Source: a virus
DNA length: 64,000 nt
Virus record (IMG/VR): IMGVR_UViG_3300002835_007523
Location: 1-64,000 of that record
Direction: 5' to 3' (one strand)
This document shows positions 48,895-58,695 of the stretch, piece after piece. The stretch's first letter is position 1. Each line of letters starts with the position of its first letter. The notes under the pieces were generated by a model. The model did not search any database. It was not told the origin of the DNA and saw only the letters and a program-made list of their open reading frames with translations. The position numbers and the translations under genes were made by a program.

Positions 48895-49732
48895 TCGTAA
48901 TAACTTTACCTTTACTCAAAACTATACCTGGGAGTCAACTGCTCGTTGGTCTGATTATAAGGCGTACTTTCCATCTACACCAAAGCACGAAATGATATTA
49001 ATGGGTGCTGAGCTTTATCAAGTTGTTGAGGCCCACGATGTGCTTGTCCTAACCTTTAAAGGTAAGCCAGAGAGTGATTTGACTAACTTTGTTTCTGGAG
49101 ATCCCGTGGTATTTAGCTATTCTAGTGGAGCTAATAAAAGCAAGTTTAATGGGTACATTTATAAAATACGTCCGGTAACTGATATGAAAACCCACATGGT
49201 ACGTATCATATGTGTGTCTGCATCCTACGTGCTAAAGAATGGTGCTCAAAAGATTTTTAAGAATGTTACAGCAGATCAGGTCGTTTCTAAGGTGTGCGCT
49301 CGCCACGGCTTAGCTACGGTCACTCAAAGACACCCTAGATTAAGAGATAACGTCTCACAATCTGGAGAAACAGACTGGCAGCTGCTACAAAGACTAGCTA
49401 GACAAACAGGGTTTGCATTAAAGTGTGAAAATACTACTGTATTTTTTGTAAGCAAGTCTAAGATATATAATGCCAAGAAAAAGGGTGCTCCCTACTTTAA
49501 GTATGTAGACGGTAAAAACCAAAAACAAAGAACTACTGGAACTTGTCTATATTTTGAGCCAGTTGTTTCAGATGAGGTTTTAGAGCTCGGCACAAGAGTT
49601 GATAGAATTATTACAGGCATAAGCAGCACTACTGGTGAAGTAATATCTGCTACTCACTCACTAAAGGACTTTACTAAACCTGAACTTGGTGTAGTAACTG
49701 TGCCGGATGAGGATTACCTAAATGACATCTAA
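48881..49732 (+). CDS. baseplate hub protein (gpD/gp27-like), N-terminal part
   Basis: FNGYI and Q.GETDWQLL.RLA..TGF motifs. Confidence 0.8.
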   Translation: MSQDDRNNFTFTQNYTWESTARWSDYKAYFPSTPKHEMILMGAELYQVVEAHDVLVLTFKGKPESDLTNFVSGDPVVFSYSSGANKSKFNGYIYKIRPVTDMKTHMVRIICVSASYVLKNGAQKIFKNVTADQVVSKVCARHGLATVTQRHPRLRDNVSQSGETDWQLLQRLARQTGFALKCENTTVFFVSKSKIYNAKKKGAPYFKYVDGKNQKQRTTGTCLYFEPVVSDEVLELGTRVDRIITGISSTTGEVISATHSLKDFTKPELGVVTVPDEDYLNDI

Positions 49733-50318
49733 GTTTTCTAAACAAAAAGCAAAAGCTAAGTGGAAGTCCTATAACCCTTATGAGGTAGCCGATAGCCTTA
49801 CCGACTCTAAGCTCATTGCTTCAGACATTTCGGATGCTCGTAGATATGCACACCGTGCAAAGGCTACAATAGTTGGAGACTCTAGAGTTAAACCATATGA
49901 ACCCATTTATTTAGATGGGCTACCTAACGGCATGTCTGGATACTGGACAGTCCTATCTGTAAAGCATATCTTTGGATCAGAGCTTGCTAGATACATGATT
50001 GAGGTGGAACTGGGGACCGATGTTTTAGGTGAAACGGACCCTAACGCATATAAACAGCAGCAATATCGAGACGTAAACAGTGAGATATCAAAGCAGGCGA
50101 TACGTACATCTGACTCTAGATTAGTTGATTATTCTTTGTCCGTAAACTCTTCAGCTTTAACAACCCCCAAGGTTTCTTCTCCCGCTATTTCAACCCCGGC
50201 AAGAGCCTTATCTCCTGACCCAACATCTCCAGATCTGTATCAAACAGCTGTGCCAGATTTTTCATCTATATCTCGTACAACTACTTGGGTTGCAAATAGC
50301 TCTAGGACAGTACTATGA
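49722..50318 (+). CDS. baseplate hub protein, C-terminal part
   Basis: A.ATIVGD.RVKP...IYL.GL....SGYW.V.SVKH motif typical of hub C-termini. Confidence 0.7.
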   Translation: MTSKFSKQKAKAKWKSYNPYEVADSLTDSKLIASDISDARRYAHRAKATIVGDSRVKPYEPIYLDGLPNGMSGYWTVLSVKHIFGSELARYMIEVELGTDVLGETDPNAYKQQQYRDVNSEISKQAIRTSDSRLVDYSLSVNSSALTTPKVSSPAISTPARALSPDPTSPDLYQTAVPDFSSISRTTTWVANSSRTVL

Positions 50319-50932
50319 GCACAAGTTCATTTTTAGACTATGGGATGGACCCTCAAGGTCGTCACAGGTTTTATGGCATATACGAGGGCAAAGTGGTATC
50401 TGTTAATGATCCCCTAAAAAGAAACAGAATACAGGTAAAGGTGTTTCAAACTACGGGGCAGGAGACTACCGCTTGGGCAAGAGCTTGCCTTCCAATAACT
50501 GATTCATCATACCATCCAGATCATGCTCCCCACACTGCAGCTCAAATAGCCGCTATGCTGACAACTACCCCCGTATCGGTTACCGACTCCAGAGGGGATA
50601 CGGAGACTGTACCGGCCCTAACTATTGTTCCAAAATCTCCAGGAAATCAACAGCTTAATCATCAACACGTGGTTACTAAGAAAAAGACAAAGATTAAAGG
50701 CAAAAGCATATTTGTAGATAATGCGCCCACATCTACGACAGACTCAAAAGAAAATAGTCTTTATACTACAGCTAGTGGATTAAGTGCCCCAGGAACAACC
50801 ACTACAGACACCTCTATAAAGGCTCCAGAGCATACCTTTCATAGAAGCGTCCCTGTAGTAGGCCAAATGGTTTGGGTTATGTTTGTTGCGGGAGATCCAG
50901 AATATCCGGTATGGGTTGGAGTACAGCAATGA
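50315..50932 (+). CDS. baseplate spike (gp5/gpV OB-fold) with His-rich internal insertion
   Basis: YGIYEGKVV..NDP...RIQVKV..WA..C.P and P.VG..VWVMF.AGDP.YPVW.G. Confidence 0.85.
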   Translation: MSTSSFLDYGMDPQGRHRFYGIYEGKVVSVNDPLKRNRIQVKVFQTTGQETTAWARACLPITDSSYHPDHAPHTAAQIAAMLTTTPVSVTDSRGDTETVPALTIVPKSPGNQQLNHQHVVTKKKTKIKGKSIFVDNAPTSTTDSKENSLYTTASGLSAPGTTTTDTSIKAPEHTFHRSVPVVGQMVWVMFVAGDPEYPVWVGVQQ

Positions 50933-51321
50933 TATCTATAAGCTATCCCTTTACACTAGACGCCTTTGGTAAAACAGACTCTACATATAGAGAGTCAAAA
51001 ATTTACTTAGATAAATTAGTTACCCTGTTGTCTACCCATATTGGGCAAAGACCTATGCTTCCAGAATATGGAACAGATATAGCAACCGCCTTATTTGAGA
51101 ACGATAATGATTTTGTTGCGGCAGTCCGTGCTGCAATAACTACTGCAGTAGCTAGGTGGATACCGGCTATTACAATTAGCAGTGTTGATATCTCCACCCC
51201 TGATTTTGATGGTTATTCAAGTATTATTTTAGGAATAGAGCTTCCAAACGATACTACAACATCAATCACTGTAAATTCAGCTATTTTTGGAGCTGACGGA
51301 TCCGTTAGCAGATTAGGATAA
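50929..51321 (+). CDS. baseplate wedge gp25-like protein
   Basis: ISYPF, T.IGQRPM.PEYGT, ARWIP motifs. Confidence 0.9.
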   Translation: MISISYPFTLDAFGKTDSTYRESKIYLDKLVTLLSTHIGQRPMLPEYGTDIATALFENDNDFVAAVRAAITTAVARWIPAITISSVDISTPDFDGYSSIILGIELPNDTTTSITVNSAIFGADGSVSRLG

Positions 51322-51323
51322 AA

Positions 51324-52862
51324 ATGAGCCAAATAGACTATACCTCAAGAGACTTTGAATCTCTAAAACTGGATCTTATAAATCTTGTAAATGTTAGGAC
51401 TGGATATGACTGGGTTGTTGATGACCCGTCTGATTTAGGCTCAGTTCTTCTAGAAGCTGTTGCATATATGGGAGACGTCATGTCTTACTATATAGACCGA
51501 GTCGCAAATGAAACCTCTGTAGAAACAGCAGTAAAACGAGAGACCTTACTTAAATTTGCAGAGCTGTACGGCTATAGGCCTTCTGGTCCTATTCCGGCAC
51601 AGGTAAGCGTTGCTTTTACAAATATAAGCACCGAAACTCTAGACCTACCTATTGGTACGCAGGTTATGGCCCCATTAACCTATGGTCCATTTACCGAAGT
51701 ATTCTTTGAAACAACTCAGGCTGTAGTTCAATTACAGCCCGATCAAACAATCACAGTTACAGCTAGAGAAGGAAAGACGGTAAATACAGATCGTCCAGAC
51801 CTTATTAATCCAGCTACTAATAAACCCCTACCTGTTAACTTGGGAACATCGTCAGGACTAGCCAACCAAGAATTTTACATTTATGAGCCTGGAGTTGTAG
51901 ATAACTCTCTTGTAGTATACGTTGGTCAGGGAGTAGCTTTTGGTTCTTGGAGGTATGTAGATAGCTTAGCTGATTATGGTCCAAACTCACTAATTTTTAC
52001 GACAAGAATTGACGAAGATGGGTCTACTACCGTTGTATTTGGAGATGGAGTTAATGGAGCAATACCTCCAGTCAATCAGTTGATTTCTGCACTGTATAAA
52101 AACAGTTTGGGCATAGCTGGAAACGTAATTGCTAACGCTATAAAAGAAGTGACATTTATTCCTGGAAACGGAAATCCGGAAGCACTCTCATACCTTTCAG
52201 TGTCTAATGCTTCAGCCGCAATTGGAGGGGCAGACGCAGACTCCTTAGAGCAGCTTCGTAAAGGAATTAAGTCAGCAATCATATCAAGAAAAAGAGCAGT
52301 TACTTTAGAAGATTATGAAAAGCTTGCTATGCAGGTCTCTGGAGTAGCTAAGGTAAAAGCAGTTGCTGGAGTCTATAGCTCAGTAACCCTATATGTACAG
52401 TCACCAGATGACGGAAGCACGACTCCTGGAATATATAATGGAAGCACCACTACTGCTTGGAATACGTCAGCTGCAGCAATTTCTGCGTATCTTGAAGATA
52501 AAATTCCAGTTGGAACAACAGTTACAGTTCAAAACCCAACATATGTACCTATCTATCTAACTGTAGCTTTAACCTTGGCAGACCAATATAAGCACTCTGC
52601 TGTAAAACTTGCAGTATCTAAAGCCCTTTTAAATCCAGGTGGCCTATTCCACTACGACAAAAATGAGTTTGGAAGATCCATTCCTAAGTCCTCAGTTATT
52701 GCTACAATTGCGGGTATAGAGGGCGTAGTGTCCGTAGACATAACCAAAATGAATACGGATAATGGGGCTAGCTCAGCATCTATAACTTTAGCTGCTGGTC
52801 AAATACCATACCTGCTTCCAGCCAATCTAGTGTTCCCCACCCCAATCGGTGGAATAGCGTAA
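51324..52862 (+). CDS. baseplate wedge protein (gp6/J-like)
   Basis: IDYTSRDFES, YYIDR.ANE, FGDGVNG.IP, GGADA and RAVT.EDY motifs. Confidence 0.92.
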   Translation: MSQIDYTSRDFESLKLDLINLVNVRTGYDWVVDDPSDLGSVLLEAVAYMGDVMSYYIDRVANETSVETAVKRETLLKFAELYGYRPSGPIPAQVSVAFTNISTETLDLPIGTQVMAPLTYGPFTEVFFETTQAVVQLQPDQTITVTAREGKTVNTDRPDLINPATNKPLPVNLGTSSGLANQEFYIYEPGVVDNSLVVYVGQGVAFGSWRYVDSLADYGPNSLIFTTRIDEDGSTTVVFGDGVNGAIPPVNQLISALYKNSLGIAGNVIANAIKEVTFIPGNGNPEALSYLSVSNASAAIGGADADSLEQLRKGIKSAIISRKRAVTLEDYEKLAMQVSGVAKVKAVAGVYSSVTLYVQSPDDGSTTPGIYNGSTTTAWNTSAAAISAYLEDKIPVGTTVTVQNPTYVPIYLTVALTLADQYKHSAVKLAVSKALLNPGGLFHYDKNEFGRSIPKSSVIATIAGIEGVVSVDITKMNTDNGASSASITLAAGQIPYLLPANLVFPTPIGGIA

Positions 52863-52871
52863 GGATAAAAA

Positions 52872-53414
52872 ATGCCAGCATCATTTCCCACTACCGTAAG
52901 ACAGTTTACGGCAAAAGTAGATCTACAAGATACGATTCTTGCAGATCACATTAACGCTCTACAAGATGAAGTTAGAGCTATAGAAATAACCCTAAATGGA
53001 ACTACGGATGCAACAAACGGCCTACTTACGTCAAATTATTCGGGAACATTTTCATCTACAAGCACTTGGAACTCTTTAGACGATAGAATCTCTAATATTG
53101 AGGCTGGACTTGTAAATGGCTTAGCTATAAGCCCATACGTAAAAAAAGCTGGGGACAACATGTCTGTCTCCAATGCAGTTGCTTTAACATTAAAGAATAC
53201 CAGTGCAACAACCACCTCTAACCTATTTGAGGCATATAACTCTGCAAATATTCTAGGGTTTGCTTTAAATGGTTCAGGTTTACCAAAAGTGGGAACTGCT
53301 AACGTACTATACGTTGGAAGCTCTGAGTACACAACTCTAGACAACAAAGCTCAAACAGCACTAGAAACAGCAGAGTCTGCTCCGTTTAATTCATTTTTGT
53401 TAGCGGGTATGTAA
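52872..53414 (+). CDS. baseplate-associated fibre anchor protein
   Basis: A.HINALQDEV.AIE motif; C-terminal FNSFLLAGM. Confidence 0.65.
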   Translation: MPASFPTTVRQFTAKVDLQDTILADHINALQDEVRAIEITLNGTTDATNGLLTSNYSGTFSSTSTWNSLDDRISNIEAGLVNGLAISPYVKKAGDNMSVSNAVALTLKNTSATTTSNLFEAYNSANILGFALNGSGLPKVGTANVLYVGSSEYTTLDNKAQTALETAESAPFNSFLLAGM

Positions 53415-53420
53415 CCTTAA

Positions 53421-56051
53421 ATGGCTAGATATTCGTTTGCAACATACGGTTCTCCTAACCTTAGATACGGTCAGGTAGAAAATAATAGAGCTTACTATAA
53501 CGTAAGCCTATTTGCATGGAGCTATACGTATAATGCTGTTTCTTTAATCTGGGGCTCAGTTTTAACAGACCCCCTAGATCCAGCCCCAACACACTGGAAG
53601 CTAGTAAAGAACACTACTGGAAATCCAGACACTCCGTATGATGCCGAAGTTGTAGACCAGGGAACAATTTCTGAATATCGATTATCAGCAATAGATTCAG
53701 ACCTAGTTGAGGGTCAACAGATAATTTATTCTTTTTGGATATTTAATGGAGTAAAGTGGATTAACTGTGGATACTCAGACGTAATAACAGTCGGTGATTC
53801 TGGAACTCTAGGTAAAGTAGAAAAATGGATTCCTTCAGCATGGCTAAATGCTATAGCTGGTACGGGAGACGCTACTGGAGAACCTAGCGATCTAGATCTA
53901 AATAAAATATTATCTGCCTATACATTTTTTTATGACTCTTTAAGAGCAAAAATTCAACTTTTAGAAAGCTCTATGTCTTATAAAGACATACCCATACAAT
54001 TTCTTAAGTCTAAGATACAGGATTTGGGATTTAATTATGAGCCAGTTTTGGGAGACATTTACCATAGAAGTCTTTACAGAATAGGTGATGAGGTAAATTC
54101 TGAAAAGGGAACAACAATCGGAATTAAAGAGTTTACTACCGCATTAACTCACTGGAATAGCAGGGTTTCTGTAGGAAAAAATCTACTATTAGACTATAAC
54201 GACTCTTCATTTGAAGAATCTGCTGGAAGATGGTCTACTACTGCCGGAACAGTTCAACACATTCATTTTACAGAGTCTCTTTCTACTGTTGGGGTTTTAG
54301 TAGCAGCACCTACTCCAACAATTAATTATAACTATGGACTTTTTGGTCCTAGATCTGTAGGTTTTGGATGGGTTCATGGGCATAATACCTCTCCAGTATT
54401 GACTTTACCAGCATCATCTTCAGACATAATTAAGTATGGTGTTCCAGTTAAACCTAATACTAGGTACTTATTTAGCGGATACTTTAGAGTAAAAGATACA
54501 ACTAAAGCGGGGTCTGCTAAAGTAAAAATTAGTTGGTATAACCAATCCGGAACCCTAATATCAACAACTCTTGACGGAACAGCAGTTACTTTAACTAGTT
54601 CTTGGCAACAAGTATTCTCTAAATCAGACTCTGGAACAAATGGACAACTTGCACCAAGCAATGCATATTACGCACAGCTAACAATAACATTTACAAACTC
54701 AAGCAACCAAGCAGAATACATAATGGATATGTTTCAGTTTGAAGTTGTTAATGGATCATCTACCTATGAAGATGCAAGAAAAGCCATCGTATATGTTGAG
54801 GGTGAGACCGTAAACTATATTCATAACCCATCTTTTGAATCAAATACAAACGGTTGGACAGCCCTAAACGGAACATTGACGACTGCAACTAGCCCATCAG
54901 GAGCAATAGTATTTGGGTCAAAATTTGCGAAACTTACCGCTAGTTCAGACGGTAGAACAGGCATAACCTCTGAGTGGATGCCTATAGATCCCAATGAAAA
55001 CTATACCTTTAGCGCACATGTGTCCTCAAATACAACAAAGGTTGTAAAAGCAAGAATTGAGTTTTCATCCGCCCTTAGTCAAGAAGAACAAAACACAATA
55101 CTTACTGACGAAGACGGAAGCTACTACTCAACCGCGGTTTACTATGTTGATTCAGATCCACTAACTTTAAGTGCTACCCCACAAAGGCTGCACATAACTG
55201 CTCTCGCCCCAGACTTCTCAACTGATGCTGGGTACCCCCTTGCTAAAGTATCTTTATATGTAGATGATGCAGTCTCTGGAGAAATGCTCTATATAGACGC
55301 CCTACAGCTAGAGGATTCTTTAGAGCCTACTTCATATTTTGATGGGTCTGGAGCCCCAGCAATAACTAACCCACTTACTCAAGAATATATAGATGCTTTT
55401 GACTGCCTTTGGGAAGACGAAACAAATTCTCACGGTAGAAGCTATCGTTGGCAGAACTACGCAAACAAGCTAGCTAGACTTGCAGCAAACATGGTAAAAG
55501 TTGTACCAAATGGATCTAGTTGGGAAATTAGGTCTGGATTCCCAACACCTGCATACCAAGAGCTATCCCCATCAGTTCTAACTGCTCCATCATTTGAGCA
55601 GAGCACTACAGGTTGGAACGGCGGGAACGCAACAATCTCCAGAAGCGTAACTCGAGGCAGCTTATTTGATGAATACACTACTCATGGAAGCGCATTTGGA
55701 AAAGTAACCTCTACAAATGGATCTTCAACATTCTCTGCATATACGGACAACACTCCTATAGTAACTAACGCTGGATACTATGCATCTATCGCTGTCAAAC
55801 CAGAAAACGAAGACGCATATGGAAACTACACGTTAGAAGTAAAGTTTTATGACGATTTCAACATCGTAGTAACAACAAAAACAGCGTCAGCAAGAAACAT
55901 AAGGTTTGATCGATGGGGATATCTGGGGGTATTTGCCCAGAAGTCAGAAATTTATGGAGCTACCTACGCCGTACTAAAAGTAACGTGTACTCCAGACTCC
56001 CCAGCAGCCGGTCGAGTGTTCTATCTTGACAGGGTTGTATTTAGGCAGTAG
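53421..56051 (+). CDS. baseplate wedge (gpI/gp7-like) protein with tandem carbohydrate-binding-like domains
   Basis: KGT..GI motif; three N/D/A-x-SFE...W beta-sandwich repeats. Confidence 0.75.
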   Translation: MARYSFATYGSPNLRYGQVENNRAYYNVSLFAWSYTYNAVSLIWGSVLTDPLDPAPTHWKLVKNTTGNPDTPYDAEVVDQGTISEYRLSAIDSDLVEGQQIIYSFWIFNGVKWINCGYSDVITVGDSGTLGKVEKWIPSAWLNAIAGTGDATGEPSDLDLNKILSAYTFFYDSLRAKIQLLESSMSYKDIPIQFLKSKIQDLGFNYEPVLGDIYHRSLYRIGDEVNSEKGTTIGIKEFTTALTHWNSRVSVGKNLLLDYNDSSFEESAGRWSTTAGTVQHIHFTESLSTVGVLVAAPTPTINYNYGLFGPRSVGFGWVHGHNTSPVLTLPASSSDIIKYGVPVKPNTRYLFSGYFRVKDTTKAGSAKVKISWYNQSGTLISTTLDGTAVTLTSSWQQVFSKSDSGTNGQLAPSNAYYAQLTITFTNSSNQAEYIMDMFQFEVVNGSSTYEDARKAIVYVEGETVNYIHNPSFESNTNGWTALNGTLTTATSPSGAIVFGSKFAKLTASSDGRTGITSEWMPIDPNENYTFSAHVSSNTTKVVKARIEFSSALSQEEQNTILTDEDGSYYSTAVYYVDSDPLTLSATPQRLHITALAPDFSTDAGYPLAKVSLYVDDAVSGEMLYIDALQLEDSLEPTSYFDGSGAPAITNPLTQEYIDAFDCLWEDETNSHGRSYRWQNYANKLARLAANMVKVVPNGSSWEIRSGFPTPAYQELSPSVLTAPSFEQSTTGWNGGNATISRSVTRGSLFDEYTTHGSAFGKVTSTNGSSTFSAYTDNTPIVTNAGYYASIAVKPENEDAYGNYTLEVKFYDDFNIVVTTKTASARNIRFDRWGYLGVFAQKSEIYGATYAVLKVTCTPDSPAAGRVFYLDRVVFRQ

Positions 56052-56060
56052 GTTCCTGCC

Positions 56061-56336
56061 ATGACTACTGTTTTAATTGCCGGACTTGCCTCTGCATGCG
56101 TACTTACCGCTGTAGAAGGTCTTTTAATATCTCTTGGAAAATGGCGGGGATTGCTAAGCCTAATAATGTCCACAACTGGAATACTGGTTATGGCTGGCTA
56201 TAGTAAATTTACTATATTTGAGATCCTGGCCGCAACATTTGTTGGACTAGTCCTATCCCTTGCCGTAGAGCAGGTTTTTACGGGCGTATCCCTGCGTGAG
56301 GTACGCAATTTGCCAAAGAGGGTAGATAGGCTGTAG
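56061..56336 (+). CDS. small multi-TM membrane protein
   Basis: About three hydrophobic segments. Confidence 0.65.
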   Translation: MTTVLIAGLASACVLTAVEGLLISLGKWRGLLSLIMSTTGILVMAGYSKFTIFEILAATFVGLVLSLAVEQVFTGVSLREVRNLPKRVDRL

Positions 56337-56365
56337 AACTACACCATTGAGGCTAGGAGGGCCAA

Positions 56366-57277
56366 ATGAAAGCCGAAGTGTATGACAACCCAATGTTGTC
56401 AATGAATGCTCGTTTCCTATATCTGTACTTCCTTCGTATAGGTCGAGTAGCCACAGTTGAAGAGCTAACAACAGCTCTTGCTGAAAGCGAATACGCAATC
56501 AAGAATGCAATGAAGGAACTAAAGAAGCTTGACTACATACGGGCAGTCAAGTATCAGGTCAATGGTCAGTGGCGGACTTTATTGAAGTTTTCGGACGAGT
56601 CCCTTAATGTTACCGTAAAAACCATGCTTGAGATTCAGGCACCGACAGACGAAATACCGACGGTCGGTAAAACGCCTGTTCTATCTGTCTGCAATACTAG
56701 TGATAAGTCTATTAGTGATATAGATAGCTTAGAAGTACTACGTACTTCTAATCTAGGAATTCATCCTGAATTCCAAGGAGATGAAATGAACTGGCCAATA
56801 CTGGGCGATGAAACCCCCCGAAAAAAGACTGACGATGAAGTGGGCGTTGTTGGGAAGATCGATGATCAACAAAAGCGGATCAACTCAAAATACAAACCAA
56901 CCCGTTTTGAGGACACCCCTCAAAGCAAGCATCGATCTAACCGGCCCGAAGAGGACTGGACAACAACCGACCTTGTTGCGGAGTTTTATTATCTTTATCG
57001 GGAGAAGTGCGGTAATGTTCCGGCTCAAGTCAATGGACAGCAGTTTACTGTTTGGATCAACCGTCAAGTTGGCGAAGGTACCCATCGCACTGTTATCCTA
57101 AAGGCTATTCGTAAATTCTTTAATGATCGTAGGTTGTTAAAGGATCCCGGTGTTGGAGAACCCTTATGGCGAAAGTTTATAAAGTTCTACTACACTGTGT
57201 ACGGAACAGTTTCTAAGGATACGAAGCAAGAGAATCTCTCAAACCAAGAGAAGATGCTAAAGCTTCTAGAGGGGTAA
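56366..57277 (+). CDS. putative replication initiator (N-terminal winged helix)
   Basis: LS.NAR.LY...AI..AMKEL....YI pattern; upstream of the DnaC-like ATPase; internal palindromes. Confidence 0.6.
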   Translation: MKAEVYDNPMLSMNARFLYLYFLRIGRVATVEELTTALAESEYAIKNAMKELKKLDYIRAVKYQVNGQWRTLLKFSDESLNVTVKTMLEIQAPTDEIPTVGKTPVLSVCNTSDKSISDIDSLEVLRTSNLGIHPEFQGDEMNWPILGDETPRKKTDDEVGVVGKIDDQQKRINSKYKPTRFEDTPQSKHRSNRPEEDWTTTDLVAEFYYLYREKCGNVPAQVNGQQFTVWINRQVGEGTHRTVILKAIRKFFNDRRLLKDPGVGEPLWRKFIKFYYTVYGTVSKDTKQENLSNQEKMLKLLEG

Positions 57278-57280
57278 GTT

Positions 57281-57982
57281 GTGTACAGCTTAGAAGAAAT
57301 ATCTCCACGTACTAGGGCGCAAATAAATGCTGCACAGTTTCCATTAAAAACTATTGGCAGAGAATTTGAAGATCTAGATTCTTATTACCCAAACAAAGAG
57401 CAAACATCTGTTGTAGAGATCGCTCATGATTGGATGCAAGAAGTTATCGATGGAGATGTTATTAGAGCTAAGGGTTCAGATACTTGTGGTCTTGGGCTGC
57501 TCTTGATTGGAGAGCCTGGCCACGGAAAAACAACTCTTGCATCTGTGATTGGTCAGACACTTATACGGTTATCTCCAAAAGAAGTTTGGGGACCTACAGA
57601 TCAAGTAATAACCCGACCAGTTTTCTTTGCGGATTATCCAAAGCTTCTTCGTTTACAAAAACGTCAATGGTCGGATGAAGACGAAACAGAAAAGTCTCTC
57701 ATAGATTGTATTTATGGTGAGGCTAAACCCGGAGACAATGTTCGTCTGCTTATACTTGATGATTTAGGTAAAGAATATAGAACTGCTTCTGGTTGGTCAG
57801 AAAACACATTTGATGCTTTACTGCGTGCAAGGTACAACGCTGGGTTACCTACGATTGTAACTACCAATACACCTATGGGTGAATGGGCAGATACATACGG
57901 AGATTCCATGGCGAGTTTCGCACACGAAGCGTTTGTTCCAATTGCAATAATATCTACTAGGGGGGACAGAAGAAGAAAATGA
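57281..57982 (+). CDS. DnaC/IstB-like AAA+ helicase loader
   Basis: GEPGHGKT, LLILDDLGKE, R....LPTIVTTN and GDRR motifs. Confidence 0.88.
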   Translation: MYSLEEISPRTRAQINAAQFPLKTIGREFEDLDSYYPNKEQTSVVEIAHDWMQEVIDGDVIRAKGSDTCGLGLLLIGEPGHGKTTLASVIGQTLIRLSPKEVWGPTDQVITRPVFFADYPKLLRLQKRQWSDEDETEKSLIDCIYGEAKPGDNVRLLILDDLGKEYRTASGWSENTFDALLRARYNAGLPTIVTTNTPMGEWADTYGDSMASFAHEAFVPIAIISTRGDRRRK

Positions 57983-58287
57983 AAATGAAAGAGTTAAAGA
58001 ACGTGCCCGCTTATGAATGGAAAACCATTCAGTTCTTTGTATCGTTGAATGGTATCTCTGAGGTACAGATATCTAACGATAATACTATGCGCTGCACTTG
58101 TGATGGTTACAAGTCTCGCAAAAAGTGTAAGCACATAGTCTTCTGTCTAAATGAAACTAATGACGATTTTGTATATCCAATAAAAATATCTGAGGCGACA
58201 CCACAGGAATACATAGATCGAGCAAAAACATCCGCAGAGGAGTTTAGAAATCTACTCCTCAAATACGGGAGAATATTGGCTCTATAG
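57979..58287 (+). CDS. SWIM zinc-finger protein
   Basis: CTC.GY..RK.CKHI. Confidence 0.75.
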   Translation: MKMKELKNVPAYEWKTIQFFVSLNGISEVQISNDNTMRCTCDGYKSRKKCKHIVFCLNETNDDFVYPIKISEATPQEYIDRAKTSAEEFRNLLLKYGRILAL

Positions 58288-58290
58288 ACT

Positions 58291-58695
58291 ATGAAGGGGG
58301 GCGATATCTCAAACGAAGTGCCGCAGAGAATTGCGGTTACTTTAGACTGCATTCTTGACAAAACACCGACATCAAAACGTGTGCTTGGAATTCCTGTCTT
58401 TTCTGAAGAGGTTTCTTATAACAGACAGGCTCTAGCTAGGTTCTGGAATTTTGCTCAAAAGTACGGCTACGTTATGGAGTTAGTTGGTTTTGGGTATACA
58501 CGAAAAGAAATGAAAGAGATTATGGATGACCTAGATAATCTAGGAACAAATCCTTTTAACTATTCTGCGGCGTATAAGGTAATATCAGACTTTTCATCAC
58601 AACTCCCATATAGACCAGAATTAAAACATGTGGTAGACATACCCACTCGCGGTCTTATGTACGGAAGTTGGTATCTAGAAATGGGGGCTCTCTAA
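58291..58695 (+). CDS. hypothetical protein, possible HAD-like fold
   Basis: MKGGDISNE; ORF in the replication operon. Confidence 0.7.
   Translation: MKGGDISNEVPQRIAVTLDCILDKTPTSKRVLGIPVFSEEVSYNRQALARFWNFAQKYGYVMELVGFGYTRKEMKEIMDDLDNLGTNPFNYSAAYKVISDFSSQLPYRPELKHVVDIPTRGLMYGSWYLEMGAL

Noticed and set aside
40712-56051. Stand-alone contractile injection system or tailocin
   Set aside because: Terminase, portal, capsid and replication genes are in the same window, so this is a phage
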